From NCBI GenBank assembly GCA_014444615.1, contig PVXE01000004.1, positions 2,768 to 66,767 on the forward strand: 64,000 nucleotides of DNA. Direction: 5' to 3'. A program made the position numbers and the translations under genes. Under the pieces are notes generated by a model. It saw only the letters and a program-made list of their open reading frames with translations. It did no database searches and was not told the DNA's origin. Origin of the DNA: Tagaea sp. CACIAM 22H2. Lineage in GTDB: Bacteria; Pseudomonadota; Alphaproteobacteria; CACIAM-22H2. This document shows positions 16,312-29,272 of the stretch, piece by piece (the first letter of the stretch is position 1; the number at the start of each line of letters is the position of its first letter).

Positions 16312-17260
16312 GTCGGAATCCAGCGAAATCGAGATCGGACCGGAATTGGCGGGAACGCGGCTGGATCGCGTGCTGGCCGATGCGTCGGGCATCGGGGCCT
16401 CGCGCAGCCGCGTGAAGGCGTTGATCGAGGCGGGCCACGCCCGCATCGACGGCGCGACCGTACAAGACCCCTCCCGCAAGGTCAAAGCGGGCGAAACGGT
16501 GACGCTGGAAATCCCCGATCCGGTCGCTTCCAGCCAAGCGGCCGAGGAAATTCCGCTGACGATCCTCTACGAGGACGCGCATCTGATCGTGATCGACAAG
16601 CCAGCCGGCCTGGTCGTTCACCCCGCCCCCGGCCATTCCGGCGGCACGCTGGTCAATGCGCTCCTGGCGCATTGCAAAGGCTCGCTGTCGGGGATCGGCG
16701 GCGTGGAACGCCCCGGCATCGTCCATCGCCTGGACAAAGACACGAGCGGCCTGATGGTCGCGGCGAAAACCGACGCGGCGCATCGCGACCTCGCCGCGCA
16801 ATTCGCCGAACATTCGGTCGAGCGCGTCTACGCCGCGATCGTCAAGGGCGTGCCGCGCCCCGCATCGGGCGAAATCGAAGGCAATATCGGGCGCAATCCG
16901 CGCGACCGCAAAAAAATGGCCGTCGTGAAAAGCGGCGGCAAAGAAGCGCTGACCCGCTATCGCACGCTCGAGATTTTGGCGAAAAGCAGGGCTGCGCTGA
17001 TCGAATGCCGGCTGGCCACCGGCCGCACGCATCAAATCCGCGTGCATCTCGCGTCGATCAACTGCCCGCTGCTCGGCGACCCGACTTATGCCCGCAAAGT
17101 CGCGGGCTTACCCGATTTTGGCCGGCAAGCGTTGGACGCGTTCACGCTGGGGTTTCGCCATCCCGAAAGCGGAGAAACCTTACGGTTCGTGCGGCCATAT
17201 GCGCCGGATTTTCTGCGGTATCTCGCGCTATTGCGCGGGGCTTCGCGCGTGCAAGAATAG
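16310..17260 (+). CDS. rluD: RluA-family 23S rRNA pseudouridine synthase (RluD/RluC-like, N-terminal S4 domain)
   Basis: LDRVLADASGIGASRSRVKALIEAGHARIDG (S4), HRLDKDTSGLMVAAKT (catalytic Asp motif), GRTHQIRVHLA. Confidence 0.8.
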   Translation: MSESSEIEIGPELAGTRLDRVLADASGIGASRSRVKALIEAGHARIDGATVQDPSRKVKAGETVTLEIPDPVASSQAAEEIPLTILYEDAHLIVIDKPAGLVVHPAPGHSGGTLVNALLAHCKGSLSGIGGVERPGIVHRLDKDTSGLMVAAKTDAAHRDLAAQFAEHSVERVYAAIVKGVPRPASGEIEGNIGRNPRDRKKMAVVKSGGKEALTRYRTLEILAKSRAALIECRLATGRTHQIRVHLASINCPLLGDPTYARKVAGLPDFGRQALDAFTLGFRHPESGETLRFVRPYAPDFLRYLALLRGASRVQE

Positions 17261-17305
17261 CGCGGCGCGGGGCGCTCGACCCCGCGCTTCAGGAGCACAG
17301 CCCAC

Positions 17306-18199
17306 GTGAAGTCGCGATTGCCCGCGCCGGACGGGAACCTGACGCGATATCTGCAGGATATCCGCAAGTTTCCGCTGCTGGAGCCGGAAGAGGAATTCAT
17401 GCTCGCCAAGCGCTGGCGGGAAACCGGTGATGCCGATGCGGCGCACCGGCTGGTGACCGCGCATCTGCGCTTGGTCGCGAAAATCGCCATGGGCTATCGC
17501 GGCTACGGCTTGCCGCTGTCGGAACTCGTGTCCGAAGGCAATGTCGGCATGATGCAGGCGGTCAAGCGCTTCGATCCCGATCGCGGCTTCCGCCTATCGA
17601 CCTATGCGATGTGGTGGATCCGCGCCGCGATCCAGGAATACATCCTGCACTCCTGGTCGCTGGTGAAGATGGGCACCACGGCCGCGCAGAAGAAGCTGTT
17701 CTTCAATCTGCGCCGGATGAAGGCGCAGATGCGCCAACTCGACGAAGGCGATCTGCCGCCCGAAGCGGTCCAAAAGATCGCGACCCAGCTCGGCGTGCCC
17801 GAGCAGGACGTGGTGCAGATGAACCGGCGCCTGGCCGCTCCCGACCATTCGCTGAACGCGCCCGTTCGCAACGACGGCGACGGGGACGGCGAATGGCAGG
17901 ATTGGCTGGTCGACGAGGAGGACAATCAGGAAGTCCGCCTTGCCGAGGACGAGGAAGGCAAGCGCCGTCAAGCTTTGCTCGACAAGGCGCTGGTCACGCT
18001 GAACGCGCGCGAGCGCGATATCCTGACCGAGCGGCGCTTGAAGGACGAGCCCGCGACGCTCGAGGATCTCTCGCAGAAATTCGGCATCAGCCGCGAACGC
18101 GTGCGGCAGATCGAAGTGCGCGCGTTCGAAAAGCTTCAGCGCGCGGTGAAGCAGAACGTGCTGGACGAGGCGGGTGCCAAGGAAACCGCGTCGTCTTAG
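17306..18199 (+). CDS. rpoH: RNA polymerase sigma-32 (heat-shock sigma factor)
   Basis: GTG start; RpoH box-like QRKLFFNLRRMKAQM, region 2 (YGLPLSELVSEGNVGMMQAVKRFDPDRGFRLSTYAMWWIRAAIQEYI), region 4 HTH (LEDLSQKFGISRERVRQIEVRAFEKL). Confidence 0.85.
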   Translation: MKSRLPAPDGNLTRYLQDIRKFPLLEPEEEFMLAKRWRETGDADAAHRLVTAHLRLVAKIAMGYRGYGLPLSELVSEGNVGMMQAVKRFDPDRGFRLSTYAMWWIRAAIQEYILHSWSLVKMGTTAAQKKLFFNLRRMKAQMRQLDEGDLPPEAVQKIATQLGVPEQDVVQMNRRLAAPDHSLNAPVRNDGDGDGEWQDWLVDEEDNQEVRLAEDEEGKRRQALLDKALVTLNARERDILTERRLKDEPATLEDLSQKFGISRERVRQIEVRAFEKLQRAVKQNVLDEAGAKETASS

Positions 18200-18489
18200 T
18201 GCTTCTGCGCGTCGGCGAATTTCGCCTTCTGGTCGCTCGACGCTTCCTTCTGATGCTTCGCCTTCCATTCGTCGTAAGGCATGCCGTAGACGATTTCGCG
18301 CGCCTGCGGATCGGTGAGTTCCACGCCCTTGTCCTTCGCTGCGGCGAGATACCATTTGGACAGGCAGTTGCGGCAGAACCCGGCAAGATTCATCAGGTCG
18401 ATATTCTGCACGTCGGTGCGTTCGCGCAAATGCGACACCAGACGGCGGAACGCGGCGGCTTCGAGTTCGGTGCGGGTCTTGTCGTCCAT
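18196..18489 (-). CDS. DUF1244-family small protein
   Basis: 97 aa with CRNCLSKWY motif characteristic of DUF1244; convergent with and overlapping rpoH stop by 4 bp. Confidence 0.6.
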   Translation of the reverse strand: MDDKTRTELEAAAFRRLVSHLRERTDVQNIDLMNLAGFCRNCLSKWYLAAAKDKGVELTDPQAREIVYGMPYDEWKAKHQKEASSDQKAKFADAQKH

Positions 18490-18524
18490 GATCTTTCTCC
18501 CTGCCCCCTAATATAGGGTCGGGG

Positions 18525-19670
18525 TCACAGCCCCGCCACCGTGCCCGCGATCAAATCGTCCACGACCGCCGCCAAAGCCTGGGTCTTATCCGCCCCGGCG
18601 GCCACGGCCTTGGCATAGGCGCGGCGCTGGCGATGCGCCGAGGTGCCGTCGCGCAAGATGTTCCGCACGTTCTCGACTTCCGCGAGGCAGCCCAGGCGTT
18701 CGGCATCGGCGCGCACCAGCGCAATCAATTCCTCGACCAGATCGGCCATGGGCACGATCTGGCCCTTGCCGAAATCGACCAGGCCTTCGTCGGTGCCGTA
18801 GCGTTGCGCGCGCCAGCGATTTTCCTTCACCAGCATATGCGGATAGATGCGCCAGCGCTGATTCGCGGTCTTCAGGCGCCACAGCATCGAGATCAGCGAC
18901 CGGTAAAGCGCCGCGATCGAGATCGCGTGATCAAGCGACGTGCACATATCGGTCACGCGCATTTCCAGCGTCGGGAACCGCGCGGAAGGCCGTATGTCCC
19001 ACCACAGTTTCGACGCATCGTCGATCAATCCGGCCGCGACGAGGCGATCGACTTGGCGGCGATATTCGCCCCAGCTTTCGAAATGATCGGGCAAGCCGGT
19101 GCGCGGCAGTTCGTTGAAAATGGCGACACGATAGGACGCGAGGCCCGAATCCTCGCCGCGCCAGAACGGCGACGAGGTCGACAGCGCCAGAAGATGCGGC
19201 AGGAAATAGCCCGCCTGATTCATCAGATCGACGCGCAATTCCTCGTCCGCGATTCCGACATGAACATGCAGCCCGCAAATCACCAAGCGGCGGCCCACGC
19301 CCTGCAGATCGCGCTCCAACGCGCGATAGCGTTCGCGGTCGGTGGCGCCGATGCCGCGCCATTCGGCGAAAGGATGGGTCGACGCGGCGATGGGGGCGAG
19401 CCCATGCCGGCCGGCGACTTCCGCCACCGTTTTGCGCAACGTGACAAGCTGGGCGCGCGCATCGGCCACACTGGTACACACGCGCGTCTGCACTTCGATC
19501 TGCGCGCGCAGAAACTCGGGACTGACCTGCCCCGGCATGCCGCGCTTGGCGAGCGCTTCTTCCGTCTGCGCCACCAGATCGGCGGGCGGATCGCGCGCGA
19601 TATCGCGCGTGACGGGATCGACCAGGAGATACTCCTCCTCGATCCCGATGGTGAAATCCGGCGCGGTCAT
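18525..19670 (-). CDS. ybdK: carboxylate-amine ligase, glutamate-cysteine ligase family 2 (YbdK-like)
   Basis: Trimmed from 616-aa ORF to MTAPDFTIGIEEEYLLVD (381 aa); GCS2 hallmarks (IEEE, GLHVHVGI, FNELPRTGLP, TLEMRVTD). Confidence 0.8.
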   Translation of the reverse strand: MTAPDFTIGIEEEYLLVDPVTRDIARDPPADLVAQTEEALAKRGMPGQVSPEFLRAQIEVQTRVCTSVADARAQLVTLRKTVAEVAGRHGLAPIAASTHPFAEWRGIGATDRERYRALERDLQGVGRRLVICGLHVHVGIADEELRVDLMNQAGYFLPHLLALSTSSPFWRGEDSGLASYRVAIFNELPRTGLPDHFESWGEYRRQVDRLVAAGLIDDASKLWWDIRPSARFPTLEMRVTDMCTSLDHAISIAALYRSLISMLWRLKTANQRWRIYPHMLVKENRWRAQRYGTDEGLVDFGKGQIVPMADLVEELIALVRADAERLGCLAEVENVRNILRDGTSAHRQRRAYAKAVAAGADKTQALAAVVDDLIAGTVAGL

Positions 19671-20467
19671 GCGTAAACCCGCAGCCGGTCGAGATCGGGC
19701 GCTTTCAGCGCCTGCGCCAGCGCATCGCCGAAAATCGCCGCCCATTTCGCCACACCGGACGGCGTGTCGATCAAATCCTGGCGCAATTCGATCAGCGCAT
19801 GCGGAATGCCCGCCAATTCGCAATGCGTGCGCATCGTATAGCCGTGGCCGTCGCGCGCATCGTAAGGCTGGTTGTCGCCGACCGTCACGCCTGCCTGATC
19901 CGCGCAGGCCTTCATCAACGGCACGGGCAAGCGCGGATCGGATTTCCACAACACGCCGATATGCCAGGGCCGCTCGAAACCCTTGAACACCGGCGTGCAG
20001 GAATGGACCGACAGCACGACCGGCACGCGGCCGGCATCGCGATAACGCCGGATCGCCGCCGCGACCGCCGCGTGATAGGGCGCATGGAACGCCGCCAAAC
20101 GCTTGGCGCGCGCGTCGTCGGGCAGGCCCAAATTGCCGGGGATCGGCGTGCCGTCCGAAATCTCCGGCATGCAAGTCCGGTCGTCGGGCCGTCGGTTGCA
20201 GTCGACGACCAACCGCGAATAGCCCGAATGAACCAAGGGCGCATCGAAGCGTGCCGAAAGAATTCTGGCGACCGCTTCGGCGCCGATATCGAAGGCGATA
20301 TGCCGGTCCCATTCGGCGCGCGGCACGCCCAGATCGCCCAGCGCCTTGGGCACGTCGCGGCGCGCGTGATCGCACAGCAGCAAAAGATCGGCTTTACCGT
20401 CCGGGTTGACGGTTTGGGCGGCGGGGGCGTCGTCGACGCCCAACAAAGGCGAAGAATCGAGAGACAT
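19667..20467 (-). CDS. N-formylglutamate amidohydrolase family protein
   Basis: 266 aa; LLLLCDHARRDVP...GYSRLVVDCNRRP...SVHSCTP pattern of FGase/HutG-like zinc hydrolases; ATGA overlap with ybdK. Confidence 0.7.
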   Translation of the reverse strand: MSLDSSPLLGVDDAPAAQTVNPDGKADLLLLCDHARRDVPKALGDLGVPRAEWDRHIAFDIGAEAVARILSARFDAPLVHSGYSRLVVDCNRRPDDRTCMPEISDGTPIPGNLGLPDDARAKRLAAFHAPYHAAVAAAIRRYRDAGRVPVVLSVHSCTPVFKGFERPWHIGVLWKSDPRLPVPLMKACADQAGVTVGDNQPYDARDGHGYTMRTHCELAGIPHALIELRQDLIDTPSGVAKWAAIFGDALAQALKAPDLDRLRVYA

Positions 20468-20530
20468 GGCGGAAAACGACTATAGCCGCTTTTGCGATTT
20501 CGCCGCCAAAACTGCTAACCTGTCGCCAAG

Positions 20531-21766
20531 ATGAGTCCACAAGAACAACTGCGCGCCCTGTTCAAGGCCGCGATCGACGCCGCCCAGCCCTCGCTTCGGG
20601 TTCCCGCCTTCCTGCCGCCCCGCCCCAAGGGCCGCGCGGTCGTGATCGGTGCCGGCAAAGCCTCCGCCGCCATGGCCAAGGCGGTCGAAGATCATTGGGA
20701 CGCGGACATCTCGGGCCTCGTCGTCACGCGCTACGGCCATGGCGCGCCCTGCAAGAAGATCGAGATCGTCGAAGCCGCGCATCCCGTGCCCGACGCGGCC
20801 GGGATGAACGGTGCCGCGCGAATGCTCGACCTCGTGAAAGGTCTCGGCCCCGACGATCTGGTGCTGGCGCTGATTTCCGGCGGCGGTTCGGCGGTGTTGA
20901 GCCTGCCGGCCCCGCCCGTGACGCTCGAAGCCCTGCGCAGCGTCACGCAAGCCTTGCTGAAATCGGGCGCCAACATCGTCGAGATGAACACGGTGCGAAA
21001 GCATTTGTCCTCGATCGCCGGCGGGCGCTTGGCCCAGGCCGCCGCCCCGGCGCGCGTGCTGACGCTGGCGATATCGGACGTGCCCGGCGACGATCCCTCG
21101 ACCATCGGCTCCGGCCCCACGGTCGCGGACCCGACGACGCTCACCCAGGCGCGCGCCGTGCTGGCCAAATACAAAATCGACCCGCCGGCGGAAATCGCCG
21201 CGCGCTTGGCCGATCCGGCATCAGAAACGCCCAAGCATTTGCCCAATGCCGACTACAAGCTGATCGCGGCCCCGATCCAGTCGCTGGAGGCGGCGGCGGC
21301 ACTCGCGAAGAAATTCGGCTACGCGGTGCATTCGCTGGGGCCGGACCTCGAAGGCGAAAGCCGCGACGTGGCGCGCGATCAGGCCGATCTCGTCCGCGCG
21401 ATCCGTGCGGGCAAGGGCCCCGTGCCGGCGCCTTGCGTCATCCTGTCCGGCGGCGAAACCACCGTGACCGTGCGCGGCAAAGGCCGCGGCGGGCGCGACG
21501 CGGAATTCGCGCTGGGTCTCGCCGTCGCGCTCGACGGCATGCGGGGCGTTTGGGCGATCGCAGGCGATACCGACGGGATCGACGGCACCGAGGACAATGC
21601 CGGCGCCGTGGTCACGCCCGATACGCTGGCGCGCGGGCCCGACGCGGCCGCGTATCTGGCCAACAACGACGCCTATACGTATTTCGGAAAGATCGGCGAT
21701 CTGGTCGTGACCGGTCCGACGCATACGAACGTCAACGATTTTCGCGCTATACTGATCGAGAGATAA
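20531..21766 (+). CDS. glycerate 2-kinase (MOFRL family; hydroxypyruvate reductase-like)
   Basis: 411 aa; AVVIGAGKASAAMAKAVE, LISGGGSAVL, IGSGPT, GGETTVTVRGKGRGGR typical of GckA/TtuD. Confidence 0.7.
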   Translation: MSPQEQLRALFKAAIDAAQPSLRVPAFLPPRPKGRAVVIGAGKASAAMAKAVEDHWDADISGLVVTRYGHGAPCKKIEIVEAAHPVPDAAGMNGAARMLDLVKGLGPDDLVLALISGGGSAVLSLPAPPVTLEALRSVTQALLKSGANIVEMNTVRKHLSSIAGGRLAQAAAPARVLTLAISDVPGDDPSTIGSGPTVADPTTLTQARAVLAKYKIDPPAEIAARLADPASETPKHLPNADYKLIAAPIQSLEAAAALAKKFGYAVHSLGPDLEGESRDVARDQADLVRAIRAGKGPVPAPCVILSGGETTVTVRGKGRGGRDAEFALGLAVALDGMRGVWAIAGDTDGIDGTEDNAGAVVTPDTLARGPDAAAYLANNDAYTYFGKIGDLVVTGPTHTNVNDFRAILIER

Positions 21767-21773
21767 GAACCGG

Positions 21774-23204
21774 ATGGGAAGGAAAACGGCTTTGCGACGC
21801 ATGTGTGCCACCAAGATCGTCGCCACGCTGGGCCCGGCCACGTCGGACCCCGCGACGATTGAAGCCCTGTTCCGCGCGGGCGCAGACGTGTTCCGGCTGA
21901 ATTTCAGCCACGGCGCGCCCGAGGATCATCGCAAGCGTTACGACGCGCTGCGCGACGTCGAAAAGCGCACCGGACGGCCGGTCGCGATTCTGGCCGATCT
22001 GCAAGGACCCAAGCTGCGCGTCGGCACGTTCAAGGACGGGCCGGTCAAACTGCAGAAGGGCCAGAAATTCCGCTTCGAACTGGCCAAAGGTGACGGCAAC
22101 GCGGATCGCGTGACGCTGCCGCATCCCGAGATTTTCGCGGCGCTGTCGCCCGGCCAGGATCTGCTGGTCGATGACGGGCGCGTGCGCTTGCGCGCGCTCG
22201 AAACATCGCTGGAGCACGCGTTGTGCGAAGTGATCGTCGCGGGCACGATTTCCGACCGCAAGGGCGTGAACGTGCCGGGCACGGTGCTGCCGATCTCGGC
22301 GTTGACCGACAAGGATCGACGCGACCTCGCCTTCGCGCTGGAGCTGGGCGTGGACTGGGTGGCGCTGTCCTTCGTGCAGCGCCCCGACGACATCGCCGAA
22401 GCCAAGAAGCTGATCCAAGGCCGTGCCGGCGTTTGCGCGAAGCTCGAAAAGCCGTCGGCCATCGACCGATTGGACGAGATCGTCGAGTTGACCGATGCGG
22501 TGATGGTCGCGCGCGGCGATTTGGGCGTGGAAATGCCGCCCGAGGACGTGCCGACGCTGCAAAAGCGCATCGTGCGCAGCTGCCGGCGCTTCGGCCGCCC
22601 GGTGATCGTGGCCACGCAGATGCTGGATTCGATGATCCATTCGCCCACGCCCACGCGCGCGGAAGCGTCGGACGTCGCCACCGCCGTGTACGACGGTGCC
22701 GATGCCGTGATGCTCTCGGCGGAAACCGCGTCGGGTGACTATCCGTTGGAAGCGGTGGAGATGATGGGCCGCATCATCGCGCGCGTCGAACGCGATCCGT
22801 CCTATCGCCCGATCATGGACGCCGACCACGCCAAGCCGGAAGCGACCGCGTCGGACGCGATCACGGCGGCGGCGGCGCAAGTCGCCGCGACGATCAAGGC
22901 GGCGGCGATCGTCACCTTCACGACCTCGGGCTCGACCACCTTGCGCGCCGCGCGCGAGCGGCCGGAAGCGCCAATCCTGTGCCTGACCCAAAACACGCGC
23001 ACCGCCCGGCGCATGGTGCTGTGCTGGGGCACGCATTGCGTGGAGTCGGAGGAGTTTTCGGTATTCGACCACATGGTCGAAAAAGCCGTCGCCGTGGCGA
23101 AGGCCGAAGGTTTCGCCGATCCCGGCGAGACCATCGCGATCACCGCCGGCGTGCCGTTCGGCACGCCGGGGGCGACCAATATTTTGCGTATCGCGTGGGT
23201 GTGA
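21774..23204 (+). CDS. pyk: pyruvate kinase
   Basis: TKIVATLGPAT, FRLNFSHG, MVARGDLGVEMP, TQMLDSM, SAETASG; start may be the internal MCATKIV. Confidence 0.85.
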   Translation: MGRKTALRRMCATKIVATLGPATSDPATIEALFRAGADVFRLNFSHGAPEDHRKRYDALRDVEKRTGRPVAILADLQGPKLRVGTFKDGPVKLQKGQKFRFELAKGDGNADRVTLPHPEIFAALSPGQDLLVDDGRVRLRALETSLEHALCEVIVAGTISDRKGVNVPGTVLPISALTDKDRRDLAFALELGVDWVALSFVQRPDDIAEAKKLIQGRAGVCAKLEKPSAIDRLDEIVELTDAVMVARGDLGVEMPPEDVPTLQKRIVRSCRRFGRPVIVATQMLDSMIHSPTPTRAEASDVATAVYDGADAVMLSAETASGDYPLEAVEMMGRIIARVERDPSYRPIMDADHAKPEATASDAITAAAAQVAATIKAAAIVTFTTSGSTTLRAARERPEAPILCLTQNTRTARRMVLCWGTHCVESEEFSVFDHMVEKAVAVAKAEGFADPGETIAITAGVPFGTPGATNILRIAWV

Positions 23205-23214
23205 GCGCTGCGCC

Positions 23215-23703
23215 TTAGGACAGGTGTGCGCGCAGCATCCACGCGGTCTTGCCGTGTTCCTGCATACGGCCGACCATCAGGTCGCCCGTTTCGGTGTCGC
23301 CCAAATCTTCGACCGTTTCCTGCGTTTCGCGGGCGAGGCGCGTCAGCGCTTCGTGATCGGCCACGAGTTCGGCGATCATTTTCTGCGGCGGCAGGATTTC
23401 GGTCTGCTCGTCGATCACCGACAGCTTCTTGAATTGGGCGTAGGAGCCGGGGGCGGGTTCGCCCAAAGCGCGGATACGTTCGGCCAATTCGTCGATCGCG
23501 GCGGCGAGCTGGGCGTATTGCGCGCCGAACATCTCGTGCAGCTGGATGAATTGCGGGCCGGTCACGTTCCAGTGGAAGCCCTGCGTCTTCAGATACAGGA
23601 CATAGGTCGAGCCCAGAACCTTGCCCAACGCCGCGGCGGCGGCCTTGCGCGCATTGTCCTTCAATCCGATATCGACTTTCATTTTTCCATCTCCATCAGA
23701 CAT
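23215..23703 (-). CDS. dps: DNA starvation/stationary-phase protection protein Dps (ferritin-like)
   Basis: VLYLKTQGFHWNVTGPQFIQLHEMFGAQY...ERIRALGE ferroxidase-centre motifs; start probably MKVDIGL. Confidence 0.8.
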   Translation of the reverse strand: MSDGDGKMKVDIGLKDNARKAAAAALGKVLGSTYVLYLKTQGFHWNVTGPQFIQLHEMFGAQYAQLAAAIDELAERIRALGEPAPGSYAQFKKLSVIDEQTEILPPQKMIAELVADHEALTRLARETQETVEDLGDTETGDLMVGRMQEHGKTAWMLRAHLS

Positions 23704-23810
23704 TTAAACATATCCTTGGAATAATTCCGATTACCCCAAGCATATAAGGAGTCGAGCCCGGCGCGCCAAGGCGATCGGGGTAGCGCCGCTATGCGCGATC
23801 AGCATAGGCG

Positions 23811-24575
23811 TCAAATGAAGACGACTTCAACACTCCCCAAGGGCCCGTGATCGGCTTTCACGGTGCAAGGGCCTGGAACTTTTACGACGCCGGTGCACGA
23901 ACCGGTCGTGACGATCTGGCCCGCGCGCAGCACCGTCCAGGGCGGCGGCGCGTTGGCGAGATCGACGACCGCGAGCAGCGGATCGCCCTTGATCGCGGCA
24001 CCGGTCCCGCGCGCCGCTTCTTGGCCGTCGATGGTCAGCACGATTTCAGACGCGCCGAAATTCAGATCGCCGCCCGGCGTCACGGGCTTGCCGAACACGA
24101 AACCGCCGCTCGCCATGAAATCCGAGAAGGCTTCGACCGGCACCGCCGGCACGACGCGCTTGTCGATGAATTCGATCGCCGGGCGCACGCTGGCGATGCG
24201 CGCGACGATCTCGGCGCGCGTATAGGGCGTGGCGCGCGGCGGAATATCCACGCCCAGCTCGAACGCGAATTCGCATTCGACCATGAACGCGTCGGTGAAC
24301 GCGGCGCGCGGGAACTTTCCCGGCGAAGGTTGCGACCATTCGGCCATCAGCGGCGCGCAAACGGGGCGGCCGATGCCGCTGCCCTTCTGCTGCTGCGGCG
24401 TGATATTCGCGACCTTCCAGCCGGTGATCGGTTTGCCGGAGATGCGCGCGGCCGCGTCGTGAATCGCGTAAACGTCGGCGGGCGTGCCGGGTGCACCCCC
24501 CGGCCAGCCGGCAATGCGCTTGCCCGCAAGACGCGCGGTCCACAAGGCTTGGGCGTTGGCGAAGGCGTCGGTCAT
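23811..24575 (-). CDS. 2-keto-4-pentenoate hydratase / FAH-superfamily hydratase-like protein
   Basis: Trimmed from 773-aa ORF to MTDAFANAQALW (254 aa); DVYAIHD, GWKVANIT, motifs resembling MhpD/HpcG hydratases; ATGA-coupled to upstream ABC gene. Confidence 0.55.
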   Translation of the reverse strand: MTDAFANAQALWTARLAGKRIAGWPGGAPGTPADVYAIHDAAARISGKPITGWKVANITPQQQKGSGIGRPVCAPLMAEWSQPSPGKFPRAAFTDAFMVECEFAFELGVDIPPRATPYTRAEIVARIASVRPAIEFIDKRVVPAVPVEAFSDFMASGGFVFGKPVTPGGDLNFGASEIVLTIDGQEAARGTGAAIKGDPLLAVVDLANAPPPWTVLRAGQIVTTGSCTGVVKVPGPCTVKADHGPLGSVEVVFI

Positions 24576-26293
24576 GGGGTCACTCCCGTTTCTTTTGGCG
24601 TTTCGATCATTTCGACGATGCCGCCGCGCCGCACGCGGATCATCCGCGTGAACAGCGTGGCGACGTGTTTGCGGTGGGAAACGCAGATCACCGTTTTTTC
24701 GGCGTATTCGTCGAGCAAGCGGCCGAGCATGAACATCTCGGTATCCTCGTCGAGCGAGGCGAGCGTTTCGTCGAGGATCAGGCAGGGCGCATCGGTCAGC
24801 AACGCGCGCGCGAAGGCCACGCGCTGCTGCTCGCCGCCCGAAAACGGCTCGCCCTTGTCGCCCATGGCCATGTTCACGCCTTCGGGCTCGGCGGCGACGC
24901 GCTTGTCCATCTTCACCCGATCCAGCGTGCGGTCCCACGTTTCGCGATCGAGAACGCGATGGATCGCGATATTGTCGGCGACGGTGCCTTGCACGAAAGC
25001 GGTCGAGGCGCGGCCGAAGAAGAACAGCCGCTTGCGGTCGGTCAGCGATAACGTCGTCACGTCGCGCCCGTCGATCGTCACGCGGCCCGAGCTTGGCCGA
25101 TGCATGCCCAGCAGCAGGAACAGCACGGTCGTTTTGCCGGCGCCGGAATCGCCGAACAGGCCGATCTTGTCGCCGGGCCGGATTGTGAAGCTGAAGGGTT
25201 GCAGCAAAACTTCGCCGCGATCGGAGAGCAGCGACACGTCCTCGAAGCGGATCTCGCCCCAGGACGCGGGCGCGCGAGCCCCCTTCTCCGCCGTCACCTG
25301 ATCGAGCCCGTCGGTCGAGGCCGAAATGCGCTGCAAGGCGAGCCGCGCGTCGTTGATCATCGGCCAGGCTTCGCCGATGCGGCTCAAATTCGGGAAGATC
25401 AGCATCGTGTAATAGGCGAAAACGAGGAACTTGCCGATCGGCGGCGGACCGTCTTTCGACGTGACGATCAGCAGCACGAGGCAGATCGCCGCAGACATGC
25501 CGATCACGAATTCGATGATGCCGTGATAGGTGCCGTGACGGCGCCACAGCAGCAGATTCATCCCCATCAGTTTGCGCGCGGTCGTCAGCAGCCGCACGAG
25601 ATAGGCCGAACCCAGCCCCGTAAAGCGCAGATCGAGATTCTTGGAATAGAGCGACGCGAGATAGCCGAGATAGCCCTGATCCAGCGCCATCTTGGTCAGA
25701 TATTTCTTCTTGCGCCAATTGGCGTAGAGCGCGATGGCGCCGGCCAAAATCGCGATCTCGACCGCCAGAATATAGAACAGCCACTTCTCGACGAAGAAGA
25801 TGATCGTCAGCATCAGGCCGAGCTGCAACACGGCCACGCCCGCATGCACCAGCGCCTCGCGCAGCAAACGTTGCACGGCTTCCACGTCGCCCGACGCGGC
25901 GGCGAGCACGCCGCCCGCCCCCATCTTCGACAGTTTCTGATAGGGCCCGCGCAGCAGGTTCAGCGCGATCGAGCCGCGGATCGACCGGATGATCCGCTCC
26001 GACAGGCGCGAGGTCCGGTATTCGGACAACAGGAAGAAGGTCAGCACCACCGCTTCGGCGACGAAGACCAACGCCACATAGAACCAGACGCGATCGATGC
26101 CGCCCAGCGCCCAGGCTTCGACTTGGCCCCACCAGGAATCGGGCGGCGGCGGCGTGACGAGGGCGTTGATGGGCAGCGGCCGGGTGACCACCGCGATCGA
26201 CTGCACGCAGGCGATCAGAAAAATGATCAGCAGGCCCGTGCGCCAGCGCGGATCGTGTTTGCGGAGCAGTGCGTCGATCTCGCGCAGAAACAT
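24572..26293 (-). CDS. ABC transporter, fused permease/ATP-binding protein (type I exporter)
   Basis: 573 aa; six-TM N-domain then GDSGAGKTT (Walker A), LSGGEQQR (signature), LILDE (Walker B), SH (H-loop). Confidence 0.8.
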   Translation of the reverse strand: MFLREIDALLRKHDPRWRTGLLIIFLIACVQSIAVVTRPLPINALVTPPPPDSWWGQVEAWALGGIDRVWFYVALVFVAEAVVLTFFLLSEYRTSRLSERIIRSIRGSIALNLLRGPYQKLSKMGAGGVLAAASGDVEAVQRLLREALVHAGVAVLQLGLMLTIIFFVEKWLFYILAVEIAILAGAIALYANWRKKKYLTKMALDQGYLGYLASLYSKNLDLRFTGLGSAYLVRLLTTARKLMGMNLLLWRRHGTYHGIIEFVIGMSAAICLVLLIVTSKDGPPPIGKFLVFAYYTMLIFPNLSRIGEAWPMINDARLALQRISASTDGLDQVTAEKGARAPASWGEIRFEDVSLLSDRGEVLLQPFSFTIRPGDKIGLFGDSGAGKTTVLFLLLGMHRPSSGRVTIDGRDVTTLSLTDRKRLFFFGRASTAFVQGTVADNIAIHRVLDRETWDRTLDRVKMDKRVAAEPEGVNMAMGDKGEPFSGGEQQRVAFARALLTDAPCLILDETLASLDEDTEMFMLGRLLDEYAEKTVICVSHRKHVATLFTRMIRVRRGGIVEMIETPKETGVTP

Positions 26294-26302
26294 GGCGCTA
26301 TC

Positions 26303-29268
<2,966 letters not shown>

Positions 29269-29272
<4 letters not shown>

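Noticed and set aside
14951-17047. 698-aa minus-strand ORF
   Set aside because: Only the C-terminal 343 aa (from MNFASDNTAP) is the threonine aldolase. The upstream 355 aa is a stop-free high-GC extension that runs antisense across the 110-aa gene and rluD, so I trimmed it.
18525-20375. 616-aa minus-strand ORF
   Set aside because: N-terminal over-extension of ybdK through the out-of-frame FGase gene. The real start is the MTAPDFTIGIEEEY methionine at 19670.
23811-26132. 773-aa minus-strand ORF
   Set aside because: Fusion artefact. Only the last 254 aa (hydratase) are supported by homology. The remainder is an off-frame read through the ABC transporter gene.
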